A program made the position numbers and the translations under genes. The notes below the pieces were generated by a model that was not told the DNA's origin, did not search any database, and saw nothing but the letters and a program-made list of their open reading frames with translations. From a virus (Duplodnaviria > Heunggongvirae > Uroviricota > Caudoviricetes), in IMG/VR virus record IMGVR_UViG_2667527965_000004: 30,875 bases of DNA, one strand, 5' to 3'. Position 1 is the first letter of the stretch, and every line of letters begins with the position of its first letter. Positions 1-8,013 of this stretch are shown here, piece by piece.

Positions 1-1011
1 TTATAACGTCACTCCGCCTTTTAGTGGATTCAGAGCGACGGCATTTTGCAGATAGTCAGGCGCAAGGTGTGCATAGGCCATCGTCTGCTGAATGCTCGCA
101 TGTCCCAGAATCTGTTGCAGTGCGATTATATTGCCCCCATTCATCATGAAATGGCTTGCGAATGTATGCCGCAGGATGTGGGTTGCCTGATTGGGTGGTA
201 TATCAGGTTTCACTCTGCGTAAAATCCCGCAAAATTTCTCATAATCAACTTTGAATAATTTGGCGCTGGCCTCCTCTTTAACTTTTTTCTCCAGTTCCTC
301 AGAAATCGGCACGGTTCGCTTTTTACCGTTTTTGGTTTTCAGGAAGGTAACCCTGCAATTTGTAATCTGTGCTGGTTTTAGCGTGGCAACTTCCGTCCAT
401 CTTCCTCCAGTGCTCAGACATAAAAGCGCGACAAGTAAGTCATCACCAGCCAAAACATTTAACAGTTTTTCGATTTCTGCTTTTTCCAGGAACGTCATTT
501 CAGGGTTGGCCTCCGCCAGTGGCGGCAGTCCGTGAATTGGGTGTTGCCCGGAAAATTCATCCAATTGAATTAATTTTGTGAACATGCCGGATAATCTGTA
601 CATGTCACGGTTTATCGTTGCGGCACTGATACCATCACGTAGTCGCATGGAACGATAATCCATCAAAGCCCTTTTACTCATCCTGCTCACTGGTATATCA
701 CCTATGCCGCTGATGGTTTTGAGTAGATGATTAAACTCTTTTGTTCCATGCTCGTGGTTTTGCCCGTGATATTTCCACCAGATGTCCAGCAACTCACTCA
801 AAGTCCGGCGGTCTGCTCGCTGGCCTCCCCATTCTTTCTGACTGGCATTGGCGATTGTGTATCGCTCAAATGCTAGTGCTTCAGCTTTTCTTTCGAATTT
901 CCTGCGGATGCGTTTTCCGTCGCGACCGCGAGGTCTAATGTCCACTTCATAGCGACCATCATCGAGCTTCTTAATTGCCATAAGAAAGCCCTCCGGCGCT
1001 GTATTCACCAT
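1..1011 (-). CDS. int: Tyrosine integrase (P2 Int-like), complete; stop codon at window positions 1-3
   Basis: 336 aa; C-terminal tyrosine-recombinase signature region (LRHTFASHF ... LGHASIQQTMAYAHL); first gene of integrated P2 order. Confidence 0.93.
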   Translation of the reverse strand: MVNTAPEGFLMAIKKLDDGRYEVDIRPRGRDGKRIRRKFERKAEALAFERYTIANASQKEWGGQRADRRTLSELLDIWWKYHGQNHEHGTKEFNHLLKTISGIGDIPVSRMSKRALMDYRSMRLRDGISAATINRDMYRLSGMFTKLIQLDEFSGQHPIHGLPPLAEANPEMTFLEKAEIEKLLNVLAGDDLLVALLCLSTGGRWTEVATLKPAQITNCRVTFLKTKNGKKRTVPISEELEKKVKEEASAKLFKVDYEKFCGILRRVKPDIPPNQATHILRHTFASHFMMNGGNIIALQQILGHASIQQTMAYAHLAPDYLQNAVALNPLKGGVTL

Positions 1012-1050
1012 CTTGGTAGCAAATGGTGAAAATGTAATCTTTATATAGAG

Positions 1051-1344
1051 TTAGCCAATCCTTTTCGCGGAGTGGTTGGACTCTGTTGACTCTGGCCCAA
1101 TGTGCGCGAGAGCCGGTGCGATTTGTCCTGCGTCCGGCGCGGTTTTATCTGTCATAAGCCATAGAGCATATTTTTGGAATGTGGGATGCATAGTGATTTT
1201 TAGCAAAGCTGTGCCACCGGGTTCAAAGTTTCCTCCTTCATATTTTTTAAGTGTGCTTAGCGGTAACTCTATGATTTCACAGAATTTTGATTGGCTTAGC
1301 CCTTCAGCCTCACGCAAGGCCTTAATCTTTTCGCTTAATTTCAT
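1051..1344 (-). CDS. C: Immunity repressor C (HTH, P2 C-like)
   Basis: 97 aa; N-terminal HTH (LSQSKFCEIIELPLSTLKKYE) and GQIAPALAH motif as I recall in P2 C; divergent from cox. Confidence 0.8.
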   Translation of the reverse strand: MKLSEKIKALREAEGLSQSKFCEIIELPLSTLKKYEGGNFEPGGTALLKITMHPTFQKYALWLMTDKTAPDAGQIAPALAHIGPESTESNHSAKRIG

Positions 1345-1480
1345 TTGACATGGTGCCTATATAGGGACTAAATTCCCTCAAAACTGGAACCTATATAGGT
1401 TCCATTGATTTGAGAATAAACCAGCGTCTAAACGGTTTTGAGTGGTTTAGAAAGAGCTGGATCCTATGAGGGTACCATAT
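1345..1480. promoter_or_regulatory. C/cox divergent promoter-operator (immunity switch) region
   Basis: Intergenic between divergent C and cox; 10-bp palindrome CCTATATAGG twice (1356..1365 and 1390..1399), the second inside a perfect 18-bp palindrome GGAACCTATATAGGTTCC (1386..1403); TTGACA at 1345..1350. Confidence 0.5.
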
Positions 1481-1753
1481 ATGGACGCTGAAAATTATGT
1501 GATTCAGTATCCGCTTGATGCGGTTCATGTGGATAAATTTGCTGATTTATTAGGGAAGCCAAAGACAGCCGTCAGTGAAATGGTGAAGGCAAATAAATTA
1601 CCAATTATTGAATTGCGTGATCCTTGCAAACCGAAGGCTCGTGCCGGTGAAAAATGGGTTTTCATTCCTGAGTTTAATCGCGCTGTACGTGAGGCGTTTT
1701 ATAACCGACCGGTTGAACAGCGTGATGCATGGCTTTTGTGGATGGGGTTGTGA
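1481..1753 (+). CDS. cox: Cox-like excisionase/transcriptional switch protein
   Basis: 90 aa from ATG 1481 (GAGGG Shine-Dalgarno 8 nt upstream; the ORF track's earlier ATG 1466 is less likely); position and size as P2 Cox. Confidence 0.75.
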   Translation: MDAENYVIQYPLDAVHVDKFADLLGKPKTAVSEMVKANKLPIIELRDPCKPKARAGEKWVFIPEFNRAVREAFYNRPVEQRDAWLLWMGL

Positions 1754-1755
1754 TT

Positions 1756-1926
1756 ATGAATGAGCCGCGTTGTATTGCTCAGTTATTGCGTAACGAAAGC
1801 CCCAGGGCGATTGACTTCACCATCACCCACGGTAAGGGGCGTAAGGGAATCATTATCCGCACCAAAAAACAGAGTCCGTTAAAGAAGGCTCTGACCTTTC
1901 TGAAAAGCCGGAGGGTCTGGAAATGA
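1756..1926 (+). CDS. Small early protein (P2 orf78 position), unknown function
   Basis: ATG 1756 follows cox stop (TGA 1751..1753); 56 aa, basic. Confidence 0.45.
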   Translation: MNEPRCIAQLLRNESPRAIDFTITHGKGRKGIIIRTKKQSPLKKALTFLKSRRVWK

Positions 1927-2423
1927 CAGTGATGACGCTCAATCTCGTCGAAAAACAGCCAGCAGCTATGCGCCGGATAATTGGTAAGCATCTTGCCGTC
2001 CCTCGTTGGCAGGATACATGTGATTATTATAATCAGATGATGGAGCGCGAACGGCTAACAGTTTGCTTTCATGCGCAGTTAAAACAACGTCACGCAACGA
2101 TGCGTTTTGAAGAAATGAACGACGTCGAACGTGAACGGCTGGTTTGTGCAATTGATGAATTGCGTGGGGCATTCTCAAAACGCCGTCAGGTTGGCGCAAG
2201 TGAGTATGCATATATTAGTTTTTTAACAGTCAGTCAGCGTCGTACTTTATTTATGCATGCCGGATTGACTGAAAAAGAATTCAATCAGCCATACTGGCGA
2301 ATTAATGAAGAGTCATGTTACTGGCGTGATGCTTTATTCCGTGCATTACGTGAACTATTCAGCCTGTTTGAGTATGCACCGACAATTCTGACGTCGGTAA
2401 AACCAGAGCAATATCTGCATTAA
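1923..2423 (+). CDS. B: Replication protein B-like
   Basis: 166 aa, same length and position as P2 B; start overlaps previous stop (ATGA). Confidence 0.7.
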   Translation: MTVMTLNLVEKQPAAMRRIIGKHLAVPRWQDTCDYYNQMMERERLTVCFHAQLKQRHATMRFEEMNDVERERLVCAIDELRGAFSKRRQVGASEYAYISFLTVSQRRTLFMHAGLTEKEFNQPYWRINEESCYWRDALFRALRELFSLFEYAPTILTSVKPEQYLH

Positions 2424-2486
2424 GTAATTAACCAGAGTTTTTAACGCACTTAATTGTGCGGGGCTTCTTTTTGCCTGGAGAAAGTC

Positions 2487-2711
2487 ATGCATACAGTTTC
2501 TGAAAATCAGTGCGGTAAATACGCATTACTGCTGCAACAGGCCAGAACCGAAGCACAGGCCGACGCTGCGACGCGTTTTTCTTCTCATCTTGACGCCATG
2601 ATTCGCCACATCACAAAGGCGGAGTTATCCCGTGTGGAGATAGTCGAGCTGCTCAGTCAGGAGTCGGAAAAATTTCACAATATCGGATTGTCTCGCGGGG
2701 AGGTACTTTGA
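2487..2711 (+). CDS. Small early protein, unknown function
   Basis: ATG 2487 with GGAG 7 nt upstream; track start 2454 is TTG without an RBS. Confidence 0.45.
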   Translation: MHTVSENQCGKYALLLQQARTEAQADAATRFSSHLDAMIRHITKAELSRVEIVELLSQESEKFHNIGLSRGEVL

Positions 2712-3013
2712 TGTCCTGTTCTCATTCAGTTGTATTACTGAATAACGCCTTAAAAATCGCCGTTATGGAAAATGGTGATTTGTCTCTTATTCAACTTTGT
2801 CTTGATAAAGAAAAACGCGACATAACTGAATCTGTTATCGCGATTTATCAGAATGAATTAAACCTCCTGTCTGATGTGGTCAATTTACTTGTTAAACGCG
2901 CTGTGTTCCACAAGCAAATCTCCTCCGTGGATGAACTGACGAAATTAACGACAGAAATCGCCAGCTATTGCGCTGATGAATTTAAGAAACTGAACGACAA
3001 ATGGAGCTGGTAA
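2711..3013 (+). CDS. Small early protein, unknown function
   Basis: ATG 2711 overlapping previous stop (TGATG); GGGAGG upstream. Confidence 0.45.
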   Translation: MSCSHSVVLLNNALKIAVMENGDLSLIQLCLDKEKRDITESVIAIYQNELNLLSDVVNLLVKRAVFHKQISSVDELTKLTTEIASYCADEFKKLNDKWSW

Positions 3014-3237
3014 TGCCGGACAACGTAGATTTTATTCAGGAACAACAGGCTGAATTACTGGAGCGCCAGATTAACGCGGCAAGGGGGAAACATTGCGGTG
3101 TTTCTGCGCTGGTTTGCGAAGAGTGTGACGCGCCAATACCTGCTGCCCGTCGTGCGGCTTATCCGTCAGCCACGCGTTGTGTTTCCTGTCAGTCAGTCTT
3201 TGAAGCAAAAAACAAGCATTACCGGAGAATGGCATGA
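3013..3237 (+). CDS. C4 zinc-finger protein (TraR/DksA-like)
   Basis: CEEC-x17-CVSC cysteine pairs in the protein; ATG 3013 overlaps previous stop (TAATG). Confidence 0.55.
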   Translation: MPDNVDFIQEQQAELLERQINAARGKHCGVSALVCEECDAPIPAARRAAYPSATRCVSCQSVFEAKNKHYRRMA

Positions 3238-3509
3238 GTATTCGTATCGAAATTGGCGAACGTTATGTCGTTACCAGTGACAGCTTTCAGTTTATTCTCC
3301 ACGAGAAAAAGAGAGCGGAAAGCGGTAAAAACGCCGGTCAGGAATGGCTGGCGGTGGTTGGTTATTACCCGAAATTAAGCCAGCTCGTTTCCGGCCTGAT
3401 GCATCACGATATTCTGACCGGAAGCGCAAAGTCTTTTGCTGATTTAAACGCGCAGGTTGAGCAACTCAGCAAGCGTTGCTCAGAGGCTTTTGGCTCATAT
3501 GGCCGTTAA
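3234..3509 (+). CDS. Small early protein, unknown function
   Basis: 91 aa; ATG overlaps previous stop (ATGA); 3' end overlaps start of A. Confidence 0.45.
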   Translation: MSIRIEIGERYVVTSDSFQFILHEKKRAESGKNAGQEWLAVVGYYPKLSQLVSGLMHHDILTGSAKSFADLNAQVEQLSKRCSEAFGSYGR

Positions 3510-5784
3510 AGCCTCCGGGCGTTTTGTCCCTCCGTCAGCATTTGCCGCAGGCACCGGTAAGATGTTTACCGGTGCTTATGCATGGAACGCGCCACGCGAG
3601 GCTGTCGGGCGCGAAAGACCTCTTACACGTGATGAGATGCGTCAGGTGCAAGGTGTTTTATCCACGATTAACCGCCTGCCTTACTTTTTGCGCTCGCTGT
3701 TTACTTCACGCTATGACTACATCAGGCGCAATAAAAGCCCGGTGCACGGGTTTTATTTCCTCACATCCACTTTTCAGCGTCGTTTATGGCCGCGCATTGA
3801 GCGTGTGAATCAGCGCCATGAAATGAACACCGACGCGTCGATGCTGTTTCTGGCTGAGCGTGACCACTATGCGCGCCTGCCGGGAATGAATGACAAGGAG
3901 CTGAAAAAGTTTGCCGCCCGTATCTCATCGCAGCTTTTCATGATGTATGAGGAACTCAGCGATGCCTGGGTGGATGCGCATGGAGAAAAAGAATCGCTGT
4001 TTACGGATGAGGCGCAGGCTCACCTCTATGGTTATATTGCTGGCGCTGCACGTGCTTTCAATATTTCCCCTCTCTACTGGAAAAAATACCGTAAAGGGCA
4101 GATGACCACGAGGCAGGCATATTCTGCCATTGCCCGTCTGTTTAACGATGAGTGGTGGACTCATCAGCTTAAAGGCCAGCGTATGCGCTGGCATGAGGCG
4201 TTACTGATTGCTGTCGGGGAGGTCAATAAAGACCGTTCTCCTTATGCCAGTAAACATGCCATTCGTGATGTACGTGCACGCCGCCAGGCAAATCTGGAAT
4301 TTCTTAAATCGTGTGACCTTGAAAACAGGGAAACAGGCGAGCGCATCGACCTTATCAGTAAGGTGATGGGCAGTATTTCTAATCCTGAAATTCGCCGGAT
4401 GGAGCTGATGAACACCATTGCCGGTATTGAGCGTTACGCCGCCGCAGAGGGTGATGTGGGGATGTTTATCACGCTGACCGCGCCGTCAAAGTATCACCCG
4501 ACACGTCAGGTCAGAAAAGGCGAAAGTAAAACCGTCCAGCTAAATCACGGCTGGAACGATGAGGCATTTAATCCAAAGGATGCGCAGCGTTATCTCTGCC
4601 GTATCTGGAGCCTGATGCGCACGGCATTCAAGGATAATGATTTACAGGCCTACGGTTTGCGTGTCGTCGAGCCACACCACGACGGAACGCCGCACTGGCA
4701 TATGATGCTTTTTTGTAATCCACGCCAGCGTAACCAGATTATTGAAATCATGCGTCGCTACGCGCTCAAAGAGGATGGAGACGAAAGAGGAGCCGCGCGA
4801 AACCGTTTTCAGGCAAAACATCTTAACCGGGGCGGTGCTGCGGGGTATATCGCGAAATACATCTCAAAAAACATCGATGGCTATGCACTGGATGGTCAGC
4901 TCGATAACGATACCGGCAGGCCGCTGAAAGATACTGCTGCGGCTGTTACCGCATGGGCGTCAACGTGGCGCATTCCGCAATTTAAAACGGTTGGTCTGCC
5001 GACAATGGGGGCTTACCGTGAACTACGCAAATTGCCTCGCGGCGTCAGCATTGCTGATGAGTTTGACGAGCGCGTCGAGGCTGCACGCGCCGCTGCAGAC
5101 AGTGGTGATTTTGCGCTGTATATCAGCGCGCAGGGTGGGGCAAATGTTCCGCGCGATTGTCAGACTGTCAGGGTCGCCCGTAGCCCGTCGGATGACGTTA
5201 ACGAGTACGAGGAAGAGGTCGAGAGAGTGGTCGGCATTTACGCGCCGCATCTCGGCGCGCGTCATATTCATATCACCAGAACGACGGACTGGCGCATTGT
5301 GCCGAAAGTTCCGGTCGTTGAGCCTTTGACTTTAAAAAGCGGCATCGCCGCGCCTCGGAGTCCTGTCAATAACTGTGGAAAGCTCACCGGTGGTGATACT
5401 TCGTTACCGGCTCCCACACCTCCTGAACACGCCGCAGCAGTGCTAAATCTGGTTGATGACGGTGTTATCGAATGGAATGACCCGGAGGTCGTGAGGACGC
5501 TCAGGGGTGCATTAAAACACGGCCTGAAAACACCAAATCGTCAGCAAAGAAACGGAAGTCCGTTAAAACCACATGAAATAGCACCGTCGGCCAGACTGAC
5601 CCGGTCGGAACGATTGCAAATTACCCGTATCCGCGTTGACCTTGCTCAGAACGGTATCAGGCCGCAGCGATGGGAGCTTGAGGCGCTGGCGCGTGGCGCG
5701 ACCGTAAATTATGACGGGAAAAAATTCACGTATCCGGTCGCTGATGAGTGGCCGGGATTCTCAACAGTAATGGCGCGGACATAA
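3499..5784 (+). CDS. A: Replication initiation endonuclease A (rolling-circle HUH relaxase)
   Basis: 761 aa from ATG 3499 (equals P2 A length; track start 3457 is TTG); HUH-type PHWHMMLF and tyrosine pair YIAKYISK motifs. Confidence 0.9.
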   Translation: MAVKASGRFVPPSAFAAGTGKMFTGAYAWNAPREAVGRERPLTRDEMRQVQGVLSTINRLPYFLRSLFTSRYDYIRRNKSPVHGFYFLTSTFQRRLWPRIERVNQRHEMNTDASMLFLAERDHYARLPGMNDKELKKFAARISSQLFMMYEELSDAWVDAHGEKESLFTDEAQAHLYGYIAGAARAFNISPLYWKKYRKGQMTTRQAYSAIARLFNDEWWTHQLKGQRMRWHEALLIAVGEVNKDRSPYASKHAIRDVRARRQANLEFLKSCDLENRETGERIDLISKVMGSISNPEIRRMELMNTIAGIERYAAAEGDVGMFITLTAPSKYHPTRQVRKGESKTVQLNHGWNDEAFNPKDAQRYLCRIWSLMRTAFKDNDLQAYGLRVVEPHHDGTPHWHMMLFCNPRQRNQIIEIMRRYALKEDGDERGAARNRFQAKHLNRGGAAGYIAKYISKNIDGYALDGQLDNDTGRPLKDTAAAVTAWASTWRIPQFKTVGLPTMGAYRELRKLPRGVSIADEFDERVEAARAAADSGDFALYISAQGGANVPRDCQTVRVARSPSDDVNEYEEEVERVVGIYAPHLGARHIHITRTTDWRIVPKVPVVEPLTLKSGIAAPRSPVNNCGKLTGGDTSLPAPTPPEHAAAVLNLVDDGVIEWNDPEVVRTLRGALKHGLKTPNRQQRNGSPLKPHEIAPSARLTRSERLQITRIRVDLAQNGIRPQRWELEALARGATVNYDGKKFTYPVADEWPGFSTVMART

Positions 5785-6236
5785 TGACAAAGATTCACAA
5801 AGTAAAGCTGCACGCAAAATATTTCGACCTTGTGCTGGAAGGAAAGAAACGCGCAGAGTTTCGGAAAAATGACCGTAATTATGAGCGCGGAGACACGTTG
5901 ATTTTGCATGAATGGGGGCAGGGTGTGTATACGGGGCGAAAGGTTGAAGCCCGGATAACAGATGTTACTGACCTGTCAGACTGGCTGGAAGATTATGTCT
6001 TGCTAAGTATTGAGCTGCTTAATACAGGCGCATATGAGATTGTGAACTGGAAAGAACTTAGTGAGCGTGGTCTGGTATTCAGAATTAATCATGAAATTAT
6101 GCATCAGCTCGGCCTTGCTGTTATGTATGAACCAGAGACGGGGATGTCTGGCGGGGCAATGGTTGCCACGGATGGAGCATGGAACTATTCAGATGAACAG
6201 ATTGAGCGTGCAAAGCAAAACGGGTGGCTTGGATAA
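5784..6236 (+). CDS. ASCH/DUF3850-like (PUA-fold) domain protein with extra C-terminal region
   Basis: ATG 5784 overlaps A stop (TAATG); N-terminus KIHKVKLHAKYFDLVLEGKKRAEFRKNDRNYERGDTLILHEW fits the ASCH-like pattern; occupies P2 orf91 position but is longer. Confidence 0.6.
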   Translation: MTKIHKVKLHAKYFDLVLEGKKRAEFRKNDRNYERGDTLILHEWGQGVYTGRKVEARITDVTDLSDWLEDYVLLSIELLNTGAYEIVNWKELSERGLVFRINHEIMHQLGLAVMYEPETGMSGGAMVATDGAWNYSDEQIERAKQNGWLG

Positions 6237-6439
6237 TGCACAGAATACCAGGCGAGATACCGCAACATAACACTAAAAATATCAAGCTGATGGCTATTGT
6301 TCACCGTCTACAGCAGATTATGGTCAACGAAAATCTGACGCCCGACGAGTTGGTCGGGTGTGCCGAAATAGTCCGGGATAATTACGTGCGGTTTAACGAT
6401 ATAGAACAGTCTAAAATTGCACTGCTACCACGTTGTTGA
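6236..6439 (+). CDS. Small hypothetical protein, translationally coupled to the ASCH-like gene
   Basis: ATG 6236 overlaps previous stop (TAATG); 67 aa; no recognisable motif. Confidence 0.4.
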   Translation: MHRIPGEIPQHNTKNIKLMAIVHRLQQIMVNENLTPDELVGCAEIVRDNYVRFNDIEQSKIALLPRC

Positions 6440-6765
6440 TAGAAAACCCCAGCAGTACTGAAACATGCTTCCAGTGCTGCTGGAGGGAACAACGAACAGC
6501 GAGAGGTGGTAGTTGGCCATCATTTGAGTATCAGCATATGATTGGATTTATAACGGTTGGAAAGATTAATGTTGGTGAACTAATAAATTACAAATATTCA
6601 CAAGAAGATCTTATGTTACTAACATGAGTTTATGTGTAATATAGCTGTACATACCAATATCCGCTGTACCTTTGTTTTTATTTGGTTTGTCAGGTGTCAC
6701 AGGTATGGTTGGCGTATGAGAATGGTTTATTTAAATTAAATATTGATTAAGGTTGAAAGAATGTC

Positions 6766-7662
6766 ATGAATAAAAGTAAAGCAATCTCAAGAATAGAGAG
6801 AGTGTTGAGAAGATTAAAGGATGGGAGTTTCACTGATAGTGATATTGATGTTCTTTTTGTTACGGCCCGTGAGTTGCCGAGTGCGCCCAAGTGTATTTTT
6901 GAAATTGGGAGTTTTGTTGCCCATAATCATCGGAGAGATCAAGGCGAGATAAAGGATATCATGCTGAGGAATCATTTGTTATTAAGTTTAAAATTTGGAC
7001 GCGATAAGCATGCTGTTAAACCAGAGTTAAATGAATACCCGAAATACTTACCTACATTAATCAGACTGCAATTAAGAATGTTCAGTGATGAGTTTTTAAA
7101 GGAGAAGTTAAACTTAAAGGGGGGGCAGGTAATTACAGCGAGGAAGAAGCTTAATAACAAGAAATCGTATATTGTTAATGATGGTGTTTGTAAGTTAACA
7201 CCAGAAATTGGTTCCAATGAAGGGCGAATGATTAATGAAGCTTTGTCGTTACTCAATTGTTCTGACGCAATTAAGTTCGACTCTTTATTTAATGAGCTGA
7301 AAATATTGCTTCGGAAGGAGATTTCAGGGGTGGACTTGATGCCGCTTGATAATAACAGGAGAGCAATAGCAGGCATCTTACTGTGTTTGTTGAATAATAT
7401 TGATTTTTCTCTGATGCCTGAAGTCAAAGCAAAAACAGTCCTTAGTCTTAATGATGCAGATAAATCTGCAAATGTTTATGGTCAATATTATATAACACAT
7501 GAAAAAGAGCCATTCACCGACGTGGCTATCATGAGCCCAGTGTTTCAGTCGGGGTATGATGTTAGTGACCTTTTTGATGAGCATGTGACAAATGAAAATA
7601 TCGTAAATGGGGATGTCGAATTTAGTTTTGATTTGGGGAAAATAGTTGTGTCGAAATCATAG
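6766..7662 (+). CDS. AT-rich orphan protein of unknown function (candidate accessory or defence cargo)
   Basis: 298-aa ORF, visibly AT-rich with K/N/I/L-rich codon usage unlike flanking phage genes; purine-rich RBS (GGTTGAAAGAA) upstream; no Walker, HNH, NTase or RT motif found by eye. Confidence 0.7.
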   Translation: MNKSKAISRIERVLRRLKDGSFTDSDIDVLFVTARELPSAPKCIFEIGSFVAHNHRRDQGEIKDIMLRNHLLLSLKFGRDKHAVKPELNEYPKYLPTLIRLQLRMFSDEFLKEKLNLKGGQVITARKKLNNKKSYIVNDGVCKLTPEIGSNEGRMINEALSLLNCSDAIKFDSLFNELKILLRKEISGVDLMPLDNNRRAIAGILLCLLNNIDFSLMPEVKAKTVLSLNDADKSANVYGQYYITHEKEPFTDVAIMSPVFQSGYDVSDLFDEHVTNENIVNGDVEFSFDLGKIVVSKS

Positions 7663-7824
7663 TTTAGACCCAAACGAGCACGTTCCTAATTTCCGTTCAA
7701 TACATGCATTTAGTGCATGATTTTGCATGCGGCAGCGATCGTTTTTTATTGTTTATAATCGCCTGTATTGACGATGTTTTGATGTGTTATTGCAACTGCA
7801 TTAAAAGCGCTCCATGAAGCGGGC

Positions 7825-7843
7825 GGGCGAGGCGGGGAAAGCA
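7825..7843. other. cos cohesive-end site (P2-type 19-nt sequence)
   Basis: Exact string GGCGAGGCGGGGAAAGCAC, which I recall as the P2 cohesive end, in the GC-rich gap between cargo and Q. Confidence 0.55.
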
Positions 7844-7986
7844 CTGCGCGCTGGCGGTGGTGCTGATTTTATTTTTTCAGCGTCTGAGCGCGTCGTGATG
7901 GCGTTTAGATTGTTAGCCGGGGCGTTGGTGTGTCTGCGGGCTATTTTGTGCGGTGGTGAGCGTGTGAGGGCGTGATGGCGGGTTGT

Positions 7987-8008
7987 AAAAAAGCCGCCCG
8001 CAGGCGGC
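7987..8008 (-). terminator. Rho-independent terminator downstream of Q (minus strand)
   Basis: GCCGCC-CGCA-GGCGGC hairpin (7993..8008) followed on the minus strand by a U-run (A6 at 7987..7992 on plus). Confidence 0.55.
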
Positions 8009-8013
8009 GATAT

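Noticed and set aside
2445-2480. Terminator after gene B
   Set aside because: Only a short 5-bp stem (CGCAC/GTGCG) with a weak T-run; too weak to call.
3457-3498. Upstream extension of gene A from the track start at 3457
   Set aside because: Position 3457 is a TTG; ATG 3499 gives the exact P2 A length (761 aa) and has a GAGG upstream.
6433-6627. 64-aa ORF in the AT-rich gap
   Set aside because: Poor start context and cysteine/tryptophan-rich low-complexity translation; more likely non-coding, and treated as part of the regulatory gap finding.
6766-7662. HNH nuclease or nucleotidyltransferase motif in the 298-aa orphan (strings AHNHRR and IGSF...D)
   Set aside because: Isolated residues without the surrounding conserved spacing or metal-binding partners; probably coincidental.
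6236-7662. Toxin-antitoxin pair formed by the 67-aa gene and the 298-aa gene
   Set aside because: Genes are separated by 326 bp, not coupled, and neither shows a known toxin or antitoxin signature.
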